Positions 1 through 10,118 of a stretch of DNA of 64,000 bases are shown here, one piece after another (position 1 is the first letter of the stretch; each line of letters opens with the position of its first letter). The notes under the pieces are model-generated. The model was not told where the DNA came from. It made no database searches and saw only the letters and a list, made by a program, of their open reading frames with translations. The translations under genes were made by a program, and so were the position numbers. This stretch comes from an uncultured Alphaproteobacteria bacterium (GTDB lineage Bacteria > Pseudomonadota > Alphaproteobacteria > Sphingomonadales > Sphingomonadaceae), in the NCBI GenBank assembly GCA_966205705.1, contig CBIHKY010000009.1, positions 401 to 64,400 of the forward strand, given 5' to 3'.

Positions 1-508
1 GGCGGCGATGCCCATCCCCGTGTTCGTTGCCTCTGCCGCCAACAGCGCGGTGCGGGTGCAGGGCACGGCAGTGTTCATGACCTCGACTCCCGATGGCGTG
101 CCGCATGCGCTGCTCCACAACCTCAAGCACAACAAGGTGCTCCATGAGCGCGTGGTGCTGCTGACCGTGAAGGTAGCCGACGTACCCACGGTCGACCCGG
201 CCATGCGCTATCAGATTGAGGATCTGGGCCGCGGATTCTTCCGCCTCATTGTGCGCTATGGCTTCATGGAGGAGGCCAATGTGCCCGAGGCGCTGGCGCA
301 TGTGCATGGCTGCGGCACCAACTTCAAAATGATGGAGACCAGCTTCTTTCTCACCCGCCAGACGCTGTTGCCCTCTGCGCGACCGGGCATGCGGCTATGG
401 CGCGAGAAATTGTTCGCCTGGATGCTGCGCAACGCGGAAAGCCCTATGGAGTTTTTCCGCCTGCCCACCAATCGCGTGATCGAGCTGGGTAGTCAGGTCG
501 AGATTTGA
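1..508 (+). CDS. kup: KUP/HAK/KT potassium transporter, C-terminal part (begins before window)
   Basis: Kup C-terminal motifs: [48 protein letters not shown]. Confidence 0.93.
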   Translation, partial: AAMPIPVFVASAANSAVRVQGTAVFMTSTPDGVPHALLHNLKHNKVLHERVVLLTVKVADVPTVDPAMRYQIEDLGRGFFRLIVRYGFMEEANVPEALAHVHGCGTNFKMMETSFFLTRQTLLPSARPGMRLWREKLFAWMLRNAESPMEFFRLPTNRVIELGSQVEI

Positions 509-1089
509 GGCGCTAACAGCGCGGCTTGGGCGAGGTCGGTGACAGTATCAACATCCAGCAACTGATCGGCTGGGCATTCGACCAAAACCGCATCTAGCGA
601 AAGCGAGCGAGCGCCCTTGTCCCCCTCCAGCGAAGCAAGCGCTGGCAAGAAGGTGGACGGGAACAGGGCAGGCGGCTGCGCGACACCATCAGGCGCGACA
701 GAAAAGACCGGCTGGGCAGGATGTGCCGCCGACTGCCCCAGCAGCGCCCGTAAATGCGCTGTACTCACAAACGGCATGTCCGCCAGCAGAATGAGCAACG
801 CATCCACCCCGCGCTCCTGTGCCGCCAGCGCAACAATCTTGAGCGATGATGCCATGCCAAGCGCAGCCTGTGTGTTGGCAAGGCGCTCATAGCCCTGCAC
901 TGCGCTCTGCACCGGCGCATCCGCCTGTTCCACCAGCCAATGATGCTCCGCGTCGATCCCTCGCCCAGTCGCTGCTGCCCATTCAACGAGCGGACGCCCG
1001 CCCAGCAGCGCATCCAGCTTGCTCGCCTCGCCAAAGCGCGTAGAGCGCCCCGCAGCGAGGATCGCGACGGCGAGGCTGGGCGCGCTCAG
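493..1089 (-). CDS. Nucleotidyltransferase (MobA/MocA-like, probable molybdenum cofactor cytidylyltransferase)
   Basis: The frame stays open upstream of the listed ORF (493..933) and reads [25 protein letters not shown]; also LADMPF and GDKGAR motifs. Start approximate (possible CTG overlapping the xdhC stop). Confidence 0.85.
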   Translation of the reverse strand: MSAPSLAVAILAAGRSTRFGEASKLDALLGGRPLVEWAAATGRGIDAEHHWLVEQADAPVQSAVQGYERLANTQAALGMASSLKIVALAAQERGVDALLILLADMPFVSTAHLRALLGQSAAHPAQPVFSVAPDGVAQPPALFPSTFLPALASLEGDKGARSLSLDAVLVECPADQLLDVDTVTDLAQAALLAPQIST

Positions 1090-2015
1090 CGCACGCCCCG
1101 CAGGCGTGCTACAATGCCCGCAGCAATGGAGAGCGCGATTTCCTGCGGTCCCAAGCCACCGATGGCAATGCCCGCCGGACCATCCAGCCGCGCCAGCTGA
1201 TCCGCCGCAACGCCCATAACCGCCAGCCGCTCCAGCCTCCGCGCCTGATTGGCCCGTGAGCCCAATGCGCCGACATAGCCGGTAGGCAAGGCGAGGGCGG
1301 CAGCCAGCGCCGGATCATCAATCTTGATGTCGTGGCTGAGCGTCACCACGGCTGCGCTGGCATTGGGCGCGAAGGCGGCGACGGCCTCATCCGGCCATGC
1401 GTCGGTCAACGTCGCCTCGGGAAAGCGCTCGACGCTCAGGAAGCGCTCGCGCGGATCGTTGATTGTCACCGCAAAGCCCAGCGTGCGTGCGATGGCAGAG
1501 AGGGCCTGTGCAATCTGCACCGCGCCTACGATGAGCAACCGCCGCGCCGGCTCATAGCGGTGGACATACTGTCCCTCATGCTCGCCAAGGCTGGTCTTGC
1601 CCGTAGCGAGATCGGTCGAGAGCGGCAGCGCTTTGCCAGCCGCGCGGGCAGCGTCGATCGCCTCGAACAGCGCGGGCGGAAAACCAGCCGCGCTGATCGG
1701 CTGAACCAGCACGCCAATCTGGCCACCGCAGGGCAGACCGGGCAGCCAGACCCCGGGGTCTTCACTGCCGAAATATTGCACGCTCGCAGGCCCACCCGCG
1801 ATAACCTGCTCGGCCATGGCGAACACCTCATATTCCACGCATCCGCCTGAGATGGACCCGGCAAAGCGCCCATCGGCGGTCACGAGCATATGCCCGCCGC
1901 GCGGTCGCGGTGCGGAGCCTGATGCCTCGATCACCGTAGCGAGAGCCAGGGGGCTATCTGCCCAGTCGCGCGCCGCCGCGATGATGCCGTCAATATCGTC
2001 CAAAATCGGTTCCAT
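1086..2015 (-). CDS. xdhC: XdhC/CoxF family molybdoenzyme maturation factor
   Basis: GSAPRPRG, GSISGGCVE, GLPCGG, LSHD, YVGALGSR, GP.G..IG...P.EIALSI motifs. Confidence 0.92.
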   Translation of the reverse strand: MEPILDDIDGIIAAARDWADSPLALATVIEASGSAPRPRGGHMLVTADGRFAGSISGGCVEYEVFAMAEQVIAGGPASVQYFGSEDPGVWLPGLPCGGQIGVLVQPISAAGFPPALFEAIDAARAAGKALPLSTDLATGKTSLGEHEGQYVHRYEPARRLLIVGAVQIAQALSAIARTLGFAVTINDPRERFLSVERFPEATLTDAWPDEAVAAFAPNASAAVVTLSHDIKIDDPALAAALALPTGYVGALGSRANQARRLERLAVMGVAADQLARLDGPAGIAIGGLGPQEIALSIAAGIVARLRGVR

Positions 2016-2148
2016 ATCTTTTCAACGTTCAGCTACGTGCCGCACGTCTTTCTATTCCTAGCTGCTTATTGCAGTGCTAAGGACGTTGACAAGGCGATCG
2101 CTCATCCTTGCGGTCGTTCGATCTGTATATCTGACGGAGGAAGCGGCA

Positions 2149-2622
2149 ATGGCAACCATGCTGATGGTGAATGGCGAGGCACGCAAGGTTGAAACGGACC
2201 CCGCCAAGCCGCTGCTCTGGGTGTTGCGCGAAGATCTGGGCCTGCTCGGCACGAAATTCGGTTGCGGCATGTCGCTGTGCGGCGCTTGCACGGTGATGGT
2301 GGATGGTCAGGCCGTGCGCTCCTGCACCGCACCCGTGAGCAGCGCGGCGGGCAAGCAGATCACCACGATCGAGCAGATCGCCACTACACCCGTCGGCAAG
2401 AAGATCAGCGATGCATGGAATGATCTGGACGTGCCCCAGTGCGGCTATTGCCAAGCGGGACAGATCATGTCTGCCACTGCGCTGCTCAACAAGACGCCGC
2501 AGCCCACAGATGCCCAGATTGATCAGGCGATGACCGGCAATATCTGCCGCTGCGCGACTTATCTGCGCATCCGCGCCGCGATCAAGCAGGCCGCAGGCCT
2601 CAAAGAAGGAGCGGCTGCATGA
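2149..2622 (+). CDS. (2Fe-2S) small subunit of a xanthine dehydrogenase-family enzyme (IorA-like)
   Basis: GTKFGCG..LCGACTV, QCGYCQ.GQ, GNICRC motifs; GGAGG RBS before ATG 2149. Confidence 0.92.
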   Translation: MATMLMVNGEARKVETDPAKPLLWVLREDLGLLGTKFGCGMSLCGACTVMVDGQAVRSCTAPVSSAAGKQITTIEQIATTPVGKKISDAWNDLDVPQCGYCQAGQIMSATALLNKTPQPTDAQIDQAMTGNICRCATYLRIRAAIKQAAGLKEGAAA

Positions 2623-4841
2623 ACGCGCTCACCCTCAACCGCCGCGCTTTGCTCAAGGCCAGCATCATCGGTGGCGCCGTGCTCAGCTTCGATGCGCGCA
2701 TCGCCTTTGCCGCTACGCCGGGCGACAAGGCGATCGTGATCGATGCCTATGTGCGGATCAATCCGGACAATAGCTTCATCATCGGCGCGAAAAACCCCGA
2801 GGTGGGCCAGGGCGTCAAGACGATGCTCCCTATGCTCATCGCTGAGGAACTCGATGTCGACTGGACGCAGGTGACGGCGGAAACGACCATCGCCGATGCC
2901 AAGATTTACGGTTTCCAGATCGCCGGTGGCAGCTTCACCACGCCGATGAATTACACGCCGATGCGCCAGGTCGGCGCGGCGGCACGGCAGATGTTCCTGG
3001 CTGCTGCAGCGGCCAAGTGGGGCGTGGGCGTGGAGACGCTGACGACCTCGGCTGGCACGGTGATGCATGGCCCGAGCAAGCGTGTGGCAACCTATGCCTT
3101 GCTGGCGCGCGATGCCGCCAAGGTGACGGCGCCGGACCTCAAAACGGTGGCGCTCAAAGACCCCGAGACGTTCAAAATCATCGGCAAATCCAAGCATGGC
3201 GTGGATACGCCAGCCATCATCGCGGGCAAGCCCTTGTTCGGCATCGATGTGGTCAAGCCCGGCATGCTTTATGCCGCGATCGAGGCGTGCCCGGCCTTTG
3301 GCGGCACGCTCGTCAGCTTTGATGAAGAGGCCGTGAAGAAGAAGCCCGGCGTGCTCGCCGTTATGGCGATCAACAGCGCTTATGACATCAAGGGCGCTAA
3401 GGATGCCGTGGTGATCGTTGCCGACAGCTGGTGGGTCGCCAATCGTGCGCGCTCCGTGCTCAAGCCGGTCTGGTCGACCGATGCGCAAAAGCAGTTCTCG
3501 ACTGCCGCCTTCGCCGCCAGCGCGGCCTCAGCGATGGATGCCGCGCCTGCCGGGCCGATCCTGCAAAAGGGCGATGCTGCAAAGGCTTTGGCGAGTGCCG
3601 CCAAGACCATCACCGCCAAATATGAATATCCTTTCCTCTCCCACGCGACGCTAGAGCCGCAAAATTGCACGGCGGAGTATAAGGACGGCAAGATCACCTT
3701 TTGGGCGCCCACGCAGAACCCTGGCGATGGCCGCAAGGTCGTGGCCGAGGCGCTGGGCATCGCGCCCGAGGCGATCACGATCCATATGACCCGCATCGGC
3801 GGTGGCTTTGGGCGTCGCCTCTCCAATGATTATATGGTGCAGGTTGCGCAGATCGCCCGCGCACTGCCGGGCCGGCCGATCAAGATGATCTGGACGCGCA
3901 CGGACGATCTGCGCCATGACTTTTACCGCGCAGGCGGCTGGCATAATTTCACGGCAGGCATTGATGCAAAGGGCGCTCTCGTGGCGCTTAAAGATCATTT
4001 CGTCACGGTCGGCAAGGGTGGCAAGCCCGGCACTGGCGCAGCGATGGGGGCGACCGAATTTCCCGCACAATTGATCGACCATGTCGATTTCGGCCAGACC
4101 GTACTGGAGAGCAATGTGCCCACGGGTTATTTGCGCGCGCCGACCTCCAATGCGATGGGCTTCGTGTTTCAAAGCTTCCTTGATGAAGTGGCGCTGGCTG
4201 GCGGCCTCGATCTGCCTGAGTTCCTGCGCCGCACGCTGGGCGAGGCGCGCACCATCAATGGCGACGGCCCTGCCTCACCCGATGGCAGCAAGCCCGAGTT
4301 CAACACGGGCCGCGCTCGCGCCGTGATCGACAAGGTATGCCAGATGGCAGGCTGGAAGGGCCGTTCGGGCGGTGATGCCGGTGATGGCGTGCGCAAGGGT
4401 AGGGGCTTTGGCTTCTTCTACAGCCATCGCGGTTATTTCGCCGAGGTCGTTGACCTGACCGTGGCGAAAAATGGCCGCGTGAAGGTGGACAAGGTGTGGG
4501 TTGCGGGCGATGTCGGCAGCCAGATCATCAATCCCATCAACGCGCTGCATCAAGCGCAGGGATCGGTCATTGACGGCATCGGTCAGGCGCTCTCTGGCCA
4601 GAAGATCGAATTTGTGGAAGGCGCTGCCAACCGCACCAACTTCCACGATTATCCGCTGCCGCGCATCATCGACACGCCAGCTGACGTGGTGGTGGAATGG
4701 GTGATCTCCGACAATCCACCGACGGGATTAGGCGAGCCAGCGCTGCCGCCGGTGATCCCGGCAGTGGCGAACGCGATCTTCGCGGCGACGGGCAAGCGCT
4801 TGCGTTCGCTGCCGGTGGTGCCGAAGGATTTGGCGGTTTAA
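2619..4841 (+). CDS. Molybdopterin-binding large subunit (IorB-like)
   Basis: EVGQGVKT, GGGFGRR, GLGEPALPP motifs; N-terminal LNRRALLK twin-arginine-like leader; ATGA overlap with the small subunit. Confidence 0.92.
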   Translation: MNALTLNRRALLKASIIGGAVLSFDARIAFAATPGDKAIVIDAYVRINPDNSFIIGAKNPEVGQGVKTMLPMLIAEELDVDWTQVTAETTIADAKIYGFQIAGGSFTTPMNYTPMRQVGAAARQMFLAAAAAKWGVGVETLTTSAGTVMHGPSKRVATYALLARDAAKVTAPDLKTVALKDPETFKIIGKSKHGVDTPAIIAGKPLFGIDVVKPGMLYAAIEACPAFGGTLVSFDEEAVKKKPGVLAVMAINSAYDIKGAKDAVVIVADSWWVANRARSVLKPVWSTDAQKQFSTAAFAASAASAMDAAPAGPILQKGDAAKALASAAKTITAKYEYPFLSHATLEPQNCTAEYKDGKITFWAPTQNPGDGRKVVAEALGIAPEAITIHMTRIGGGFGRRLSNDYMVQVAQIARALPGRPIKMIWTRTDDLRHDFYRAGGWHNFTAGIDAKGALVALKDHFVTVGKGGKPGTGAAMGATEFPAQLIDHVDFGQTVLESNVPTGYLRAPTSNAMGFVFQSFLDEVALAGGLDLPEFLRRTLGEARTINGDGPASPDGSKPEFNTGRARAVIDKVCQMAGWKGRSGGDAGDGVRKGRGFGFFYSHRGYFAEVVDLTVAKNGRVKVDKVWVAGDVGSQIINPINALHQAQGSVIDGIGQALSGQKIEFVEGAANRTNFHDYPLPRIIDTPADVVVEWVISDNPPTGLGEPALPPVIPAVANAIFAATGKRLRSLPVVPKDLAV

Positions 4842-4851
4842 TCGAATTGGC

Positions 4852-4889
4852 CGGCTTATTGCTGATCAAATGATATCAGCAATAAGCCG
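4852..4889. terminator. 15-bp inverted repeat between convergent genes (probable bidirectional terminator)
   Basis: cggcttattgctgat ... atcagcaataagccg. Confidence 0.55.
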
Positions 4890-5438
4890 CCTTTCGAGTG
4901 CCTCGTTCGCGGAGAGATACCAATTTGAGGGCGCCTTCTTCATAACCTCGTCCATGGAGATGTCGCTACCGGTGATCAGGCGCGCGAAATCCTCATCTTC
5001 GAGCTGCATTCCGACGCGAATCTGAGATGCGAGCGCTTCGATTTGTGGAAGACTTTCTCTGATCGGTCCTGACAGCGAGAGCGTCTTCTCAAGCTGGCGG
5101 CTATGGATCAAAAGGCGGCAATCGGGCGTGAGATAGCGATCTGCGACCGGGAAAGCGGACATAATGGTCATGCCGGCAGAGTAGCATTCTGTTTTGCCGA
5201 CGAAGATCAATCGCCGTCCTGACCGCGCGCGCAGGCGTTGCAATTCCAGCACGATGCGCCGCGCCATTTCCGCTTCACCGCCCGGTGTGGTGACCGAGAC
5301 GAGCAGTGGCCCCGAGCCATCAGGAACGTCGCGTAAGTCGTGCAGGAATTGCGCTGCGCTCTGGTCTGTGAGCGATCCCAAAAGCTCGACGTCTGGGCGA
5401 TCGAAATCGATGGCGGAAATGTCCGAGGTGTTGGTCAT
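4866..5438 (-). CDS. ClpP-like (peptidase S14) protein
   Basis: V.T.GG motif, putative catalytic Ser in CYSAG and His in LLIH, W.YLSA.EAL. Confidence 0.75.
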   Translation of the reverse strand: MTNTSDISAIDFDRPDVELLGSLTDQSAAQFLHDLRDVPDGSGPLLVSVTTPGGEAEMARRIVLELQRLRARSGRRLIFVGKTECYSAGMTIMSAFPVADRYLTPDCRLLIHSRQLEKTLSLSGPIRESLPQIEALASQIRVGMQLEDEDFARLITGSDISMDEVMKKAPSNWYLSANEALERRLIADII

Positions 5439-5489
5439 GATCGGCTTTCAGTGAATTGGGCGCAGCGGCGGTGTCGGCATGTTTGGCGA

Positions 5490-5514
5490 AATCAATGAGG
5501 GCCGTGCCGGTTCC
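5490..5514 (-). promoter_or_regulatory. Candidate EcfG (general stress sigma) promoter for the ClpP-like gene
   Basis: GGAAC-N16-GATT on the minus strand; -10 deviates from CGTT. Confidence 0.4.
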
Positions 5515-5598
5515 ACTCAGGCGGGTTATTCATGCGCTGGAGGACTTAGGTGGGGCGTGTCTGATTGCGCGGGAGCTATCAGTGGTCATCGCTATTAA

Positions 5599-5751
5599 TC
5601 CGTCATTCCCGCGAACGCGGGAATCCAGTGGACCTCGATCATGCGCGCGAAAATTGGTTGGGACATCAGGTCCGAAAGCTTGGATTGCCTGCCATCACGG
5701 TCCTGCCATGCGATGACGGCTCTGGATTCCCGCGTTCGCGGGAATGACGGA
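5599..5751. repeat. REP/MITE-like element with 30-bp perfect terminal inverted repeats (CGTC-tagged, ATTCCC-N8-GGGAAT core)
   Basis: tccgtcattcccgcgaacgcgggaatccag (5599-5628) is the exact reverse complement of 5722-5751. Confidence 0.9.
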
Positions 5752-5791
5752 GGTTTTGGGTGCGGCGGTCAATCGCAATCGGCAAACGATC

Positions 5792-6130
5792 TCAAAGGAT
5801 CTCGCGCACCTTCTCCGGCGGACGACCTAAGCGCACACCCTTGTCCGTCTCAACCAACGGTCGCTCGATCAGGATCGGGTCCGCCGCCATCGCGTCCAGA
5901 ATGGCGTCGTCGCTCGCGTCCTTGAGCGCCTTCGCGCCATCCTCGCCTTTGCGCAGGCCATCTCGCGGGGTCATCCCGGCCTTGGCGTAGAGCGCGGCCA
6001 AAGTCGCCCGACTGGGTGGCGTCTTGAGATACTCCACAATCTGCACTTTGACGCCGGGCGTGCCCTCAATCAGGGCCAGCGTCTCGCGCGATTTGGAGCA
6101 GCGCGGATTGTGATAGATTGTGGCTTTCAT
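5792..6130 (-). CDS. arsC: ArsC family reductase (arsenate reductase-like)
   Basis: IYHNPRCSKSR, ILIERP, GRPPE motifs. Confidence 0.88.
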   Translation of the reverse strand: MKATIYHNPRCSKSRETLALIEGTPGVKVQIVEYLKTPPSRATLAALYAKAGMTPRDGLRKGEDGAKALKDASDDAILDAMAADPILIERPLVETDKGVRLGRPPEKVREIL

Positions 6131-6144
6131 CGTATCGTTCCCGC

Positions 6145-7497
6145 TCAGTCGTCCTTCGTGCGCTCCAGCCACTCTTCCAGCCACTTGATCGTGTAGTCAC
6201 CATTCTGCACGTCCGGCTCTGCAAGCAGGCGCTGGTGGAGGGGGATGGTGGTCTTCATGCCGTCTATCACGAACTCGTCGAGCGCGCGCTTGAGGCGCAT
6301 CAGGCAGCCCTCGCGGGTGCGGCCATAGACGATCAGCTTGCCGATCATGCTGTCATAATAGGGCGGCACATTATAGCCCTGATACAGCGCGCTATCCACG
6401 CGGACGTGCATACCGCCCGGCACATGGAGCATCTTCACTTGCCCCGGTGAGGGCATGAAGGTCTTGGGATCTTCGGCATTGATGCGGCACTCGATGGCGT
6501 GGCCCGTGAATACCAGGTCTTCCTGCGTTACGGAGAGCGAGCGGCCCTCGGCGATGCGGATTTGCTCGCGCACCAGATCGAAGCCGGTGATCATCTCCGT
6601 CACCGGATGCTCCACCTGAATGCGGGTGTTCATCTCGATGAAGTAGAATTCGCCATTCTCGTAGAGGAACTCGATGGTGCCTGCGCCGCGATAGTGCATG
6701 TCGGCCATCGCCTTGGAGACGATGCCGCCCATCCGGTCCCGCTCGGCTGACGAAATGATCGGGGAGGGCGCTTCTTCCAGCACCTTCTGGTGGCGGCGCT
6801 GGAGCGAGCAATCGCGCTCGCCCAGATGGATGGCATTGCCCTCGCCATCGCCAAAAATCTGGAACTCGATATGGCGCGGATTGCCGAGATATTTTTCCAT
6901 GTAGACGGTGTCATCGCCGAACGCGGCCTTGGCCTCGCTCTTGGCCTGCGACATCAGGCTCTCAAACTCTTCCTCGGTCGGCACCACCTTCATGCCGCGC
7001 CCACCGCCGCCCGATGCGGCTTTGACCAGCACCGGATAGCCGATTTCACGCGCGCGCTGCTTGGCGTCGGCAATGTCCTCGATTGCGCCATCGGTGCCGG
7101 GCACCAGTGGCAGGCCAAGGGCGCCTGCGGTGCGCTTGGCTTCCACCTTGTCGCCCATGATGCGGATATGCTCGGGCTTGGGGCCGACGAAGATGATGTC
7201 ATGCGCTTCCACAATCTCGGCGAACTGCGCATTCTCCGAGAGGAAGCCGTAGCCCGGGTGGATCGCATCTGCGCCGGAGATTTCGGCTGCGGAAATGATC
7301 GCCGGGATGTTCAGATAGCTGTCGCGCGCCGCAGGGGGCCCGATGCAGATTGCTTCATCCGCCAGACGCACATGCATGGCGTCCGCATCGGCGGTCGAGT
7401 GCACGGCGACGGTCTTGATGCCCATCTCATGGCAGGCGCGGTGGATGCGAAGCGCAATCTCACCACGGTTGGCGATCAGCAGTTTTTCGATGCTCAT
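6145..7497 (-). CDS. accC: Acetyl-CoA carboxylase, biotin carboxylase subunit
   Basis: [42 protein letters not shown]. Confidence 0.97.
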   Translation of the reverse strand: MSIEKLLIANRGEIALRIHRACHEMGIKTVAVHSTADADAMHVRLADEAICIGPPAARDSYLNIPAIISAAEISGADAIHPGYGFLSENAQFAEIVEAHDIIFVGPKPEHIRIMGDKVEAKRTAGALGLPLVPGTDGAIEDIADAKQRAREIGYPVLVKAASGGGGRGMKVVPTEEEFESLMSQAKSEAKAAFGDDTVYMEKYLGNPRHIEFQIFGDGEGNAIHLGERDCSLQRRHQKVLEEAPSPIISSAERDRMGGIVSKAMADMHYRGAGTIEFLYENGEFYFIEMNTRIQVEHPVTEMITGFDLVREQIRIAEGRSLSVTQEDLVFTGHAIECRINAEDPKTFMPSPGQVKMLHVPGGMHVRVDSALYQGYNVPPYYDSMIGKLIVYGRTREGCLMRLKRALDEFVIDGMKTTIPLHQRLLAEPDVQNGDYTIKWLEEWLERTKDD

Positions 7498-7511
7498 GCT
7501 GGGCTGGGCCT

Positions 7512-7997
7512 TCACGCGACCACGATCAGTGGCTGATCATATTCGACCGGCTGGCCATTCTCGACCAGGATCGCCTGCACAGTGCCCGCAGCAACGGCGG
7601 TGATTGGGTTCATGACCTTCATCGCCTCGATGATCAGCAGCGTCTGGCCAGCCTTCACGCTGTCCCCAACGCTGACGAATGCGGGCGCGTCCGGCTCTGG
7701 CGTCATGTAGCAGGTGCCGACCATGGGCGATTTGATCGTGCCAGCAGCAGGCCCGGCCTTCAACGGCGCGGCTTCCACAGCGACGGGCGCGGGGGCGGCG
7801 GCGAGGGGAGCCGGCGCGGCTGCCATCGGCGCTGCAAAGGAGGTGTTCTGCGCAGGCGCCTTGCGCGCCACGCGGATGCGGCGGTTGCCGTCTTCCACTT
7901 CGATCTCGGTCAGGTTGGTCGCATCCAGCATACGGGCAAGCTCGCGCACAAGCTTCACGTCTACCTGCATTGCGCCTTCGTTGGTCGTTTCGGCCAT
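7512..7997 (-). CDS. accB: Biotin carboxyl carrier protein
   Basis: EAMKVMN biotinylation motif, Ala/Pro linker, SPMVGT. Confidence 0.97.
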   Translation of the reverse strand: MAETTNEGAMQVDVKLVRELARMLDATNLTEIEVEDGNRRIRVARKAPAQNTSFAAPMAAAPAPLAAAPAPVAVEAAPLKAGPAAGTIKSPMVGTCYMTPEPDAPAFVSVGDSVKAGQTLLIIEAMKVMNPITAVAAGTVQAILVENGQPVEYDQPLIVVA

Positions 7998-8095
7998 CGG
8001 TTGTCCTTACGAAATATCTAGTCTGGTTTTTCAGGAATGGTGGCAGCGCCTATTGCCCTTCGGTCATTAAGGCAACAGTCTAGCGCCCTGCAAGG

Positions 8096-8539
8096 TCAGT
8101 CCATCTCCAGCGCGGCTTCCAGCGCCAGCATGTAGGAGAGTGGGCCAAAGCCCGCAATCGTGCCGCGCGCGGCCATGCCGACATAGCTGTGATGCCGATA
8201 TGCCTCACGGGCGGCGGGATTTGAAATATGCACCTCGATCACGGGCACGGTGATGGATTTGATCGCATCATAAAGCGCCAGCGATGTATGCGTGAGCGCG
8301 CCCGCGTTCAGGATGATGGCATGGGCAGGCTCGGCATTGGCCTCATGCATCCAGTCGATCAGATGCCCTTCATGATTGGACTGGCGGCAATCAATCTCCG
8401 CATTGGCGCGGCGCGCCTCGTCCTCAAGCCGGTCAGCAATGTCGTCCAGCGTGTCAAAGCCATAAATCTCCGGCTCGCGAATGCCGAGCAGATTGAGGTT
8501 GGGCCCATTGAGCACATAGATTTTCCGGGGGGATGCCAT
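8096..8539 (-). CDS. aroQ: Type II 3-dehydroquinate dehydratase
   Basis: LNGPNLNLLG.REPEIYG, QSNHEG, EVHISN. Confidence 0.96.
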   Translation of the reverse strand: MASPRKIYVLNGPNLNLLGIREPEIYGFDTLDDIADRLEDEARRANAEIDCRQSNHEGHLIDWMHEANAEPAHAIILNAGALTHTSLALYDAIKSITVPVIEVHISNPAAREAYRHHSYVGMAARGTIAGFGPLSYMLALEAALEMD

Positions 8540-8628
8540 GAGCCATCCTGTCCTTTTAGTTGCGAGCGTCCAAGGCCTCCCTATATGGCGGCAAGGGCGG
8601 CTCTCAAAGGAAAAGGTGCATTTTAGCG

Positions 8629-9633
8629 ATGAGCGTGGACGGAACGATCGGTATCCATGTGAATGGCGAGCATCGCCGCATCCGCGCGGGGCATACGCTG
8701 GCGCATCTGGCGAATGAGCTTGGCCTCGCGCCGGACAAGATTGCCGTAGAGCGCAACCTTGAGGTTGTGCCGCGCGCGCAGATCGAAACGACCATCGTGG
8801 AAGATGGCGATGAGCTGGAAATCGTGCATTTCGTTGGCGGTGGTGATGGCACGCCTGTGGCGGCGGATGACACATGGTCGGTTGCAGGCCAGACCTTCCG
8901 CTCGCGGCTGATCGTGGGCACGGGCAAATATAAGGATTTCGCGCAGAATGCTGCCGCCGTTGAGGCTTCCGGCGCGGAGATCGTGACCGTTGCCGTGCGG
9001 CGCGTGAATGTGTCCGACCCCAAGGCGCCGATGCTGACGGACTTTATCGACCCCAAGAAGGTCACCTATCTGCCCAACACGGCGGGCTGCTTCAATGCCG
9101 AGGACGCGATCCGCACCTTGCGGCTGGCGCGAGAGGCTGGCGGCTGGGAGCTTGTGAAGCTGGAAGTGCTCGGCGAGGCGCGCACGCTCTACCCCAATAT
9201 GATCGAGACATTCCGCGCGACCGAAATCCTCGCCAAAGAAGGCTTCAAGCCGATGGTCTATTGCACGGACGACCCAATCGCCGCGCAGCAGCTGGAGAAT
9301 GCAGGCGCGGTCGCAATCATGCCGCTGGGTGCGCCGATCGGCTCCGGGCTCGGCTTGCAGAACCGCGTCACCATCCGGCTGATCGTTGAAGGCACCAAGC
9401 TGCCCGTGCTGGTCGATGCGGGCGTGGGCACGGCCTCCGATGCCGCCGTGGCGATGGAACTGGGCTGCACGGGCGTGCTCATGAACACCGCCATTGCCGA
9501 GGCCAAGAACCCCATTTTGATGGCGAGCGCCATGAAGGCATCGGTCGAGGCGGGCCGAATGGCCTATCTCGCCGGGCGCATGGGGCGTCGGATGTATGCA
9601 GACCCTTCAAGCCCGCTCGCGGGGTTGATTTAA
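8629..9633 (+). CDS. thiG: ThiS-ThiG fusion (sulfur carrier plus thiazole synthase)
   Basis: ThiS domain (VNGE...ERN...EIVHFVGGG) in frame with ThiG ([21 protein letters not shown]). Confidence 0.93.
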   Translation: MSVDGTIGIHVNGEHRRIRAGHTLAHLANELGLAPDKIAVERNLEVVPRAQIETTIVEDGDELEIVHFVGGGDGTPVAADDTWSVAGQTFRSRLIVGTGKYKDFAQNAAAVEASGAEIVTVAVRRVNVSDPKAPMLTDFIDPKKVTYLPNTAGCFNAEDAIRTLRLAREAGGWELVKLEVLGEARTLYPNMIETFRATEILAKEGFKPMVYCTDDPIAAQQLENAGAVAIMPLGAPIGSGLGLQNRVTIRLIVEGTKLPVLVDAGVGTASDAAVAMELGCTGVLMNTAIAEAKNPILMASAMKASVEAGRMAYLAGRMGRRMYADPSSPLAGLI

Positions 9634-9657
9634 GTCTAACGGTTCACCGCTCTTTCA

Positions 9658-9682
9658 GGAACTCGTGCGGCCTCCATCCGTT
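9658..9682 (+). promoter_or_regulatory. EcfG/SigT-type promoter upstream of csbD
   Basis: Exact GGAAC-N16-CGTT consensus. Confidence 0.75.
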
Positions 9683-9733
9683 TCTATTGCAAGGCGGCCG
9701 GGCGGTCCGGTCGATTTACAAATGGAGATTGTC

Positions 9734-9916
9734 ATGGGTGAACTGACCGACAAGGCCAAGGGTATCGCAAACGAAGCTGCTGGCAAGGTGAAGCAGGCCC
9801 TTGGCGATGCACGCAATGATCCAGCGCAGAAGGCCGAGGGCATCGCGCAAGAAAAGAAGGGCGAAGGCCAGAACCTGAAGGGCTCCGTAAAGGGCGCTCT
9901 GGGCGACAAGGTCTGA
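9734..9916 (+). CDS. csbD: CsbD family general stress protein
   Basis: MGELTDKAKG.ANEAAGKVKQA.G...AEG.AQE.KGE.Q; GGAG RBS. Confidence 0.9.
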   Translation: MGELTDKAKGIANEAAGKVKQALGDARNDPAQKAEGIAQEKKGEGQNLKGSVKGALGDKV

Positions 9917-9960
9917 TCGTATGATTTGACGCTCGCCACCCTCATGGCGAGTTAGCGAAT

Positions 9961-9990
9961 AGGCCTCCCGAGCAATCGGGTGGCCTTTTT
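9961..9990 (+). terminator. Rho-independent terminator after csbD
   Basis: aggcc-t-cccga GCAA tcggg-t-ggcct followed by a T tract. Confidence 0.8.
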
Positions 9991-10118
9991 CGTGCCTGAA
10001 GCATCTGATGCAATCGGCAAATATTCCTGCCGTCTGGCGCAATGCGACCGTTTGACCACGCGCAACTCTCACCCTATTGCCGAGGCAGAATTTACCCATT
10101 CGTGCCAAGGAGACGCGC

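Noticed and set aside
5629-5721. Possible hammerhead ribozyme inside the repeat
   Set aside because: CTGATG is followed by T rather than A, and the GAAA is on the opposite strand
5565-5747. 60-aa ORF (RHSRERGNP...GFPRSRE)
   Set aside because: Translation of the REP arms; no RBS support
8540-8628. TPP riboswitch before thiS-thiG
   Set aside because: No CTGAGA/ATACC-type core seen and the gap is short
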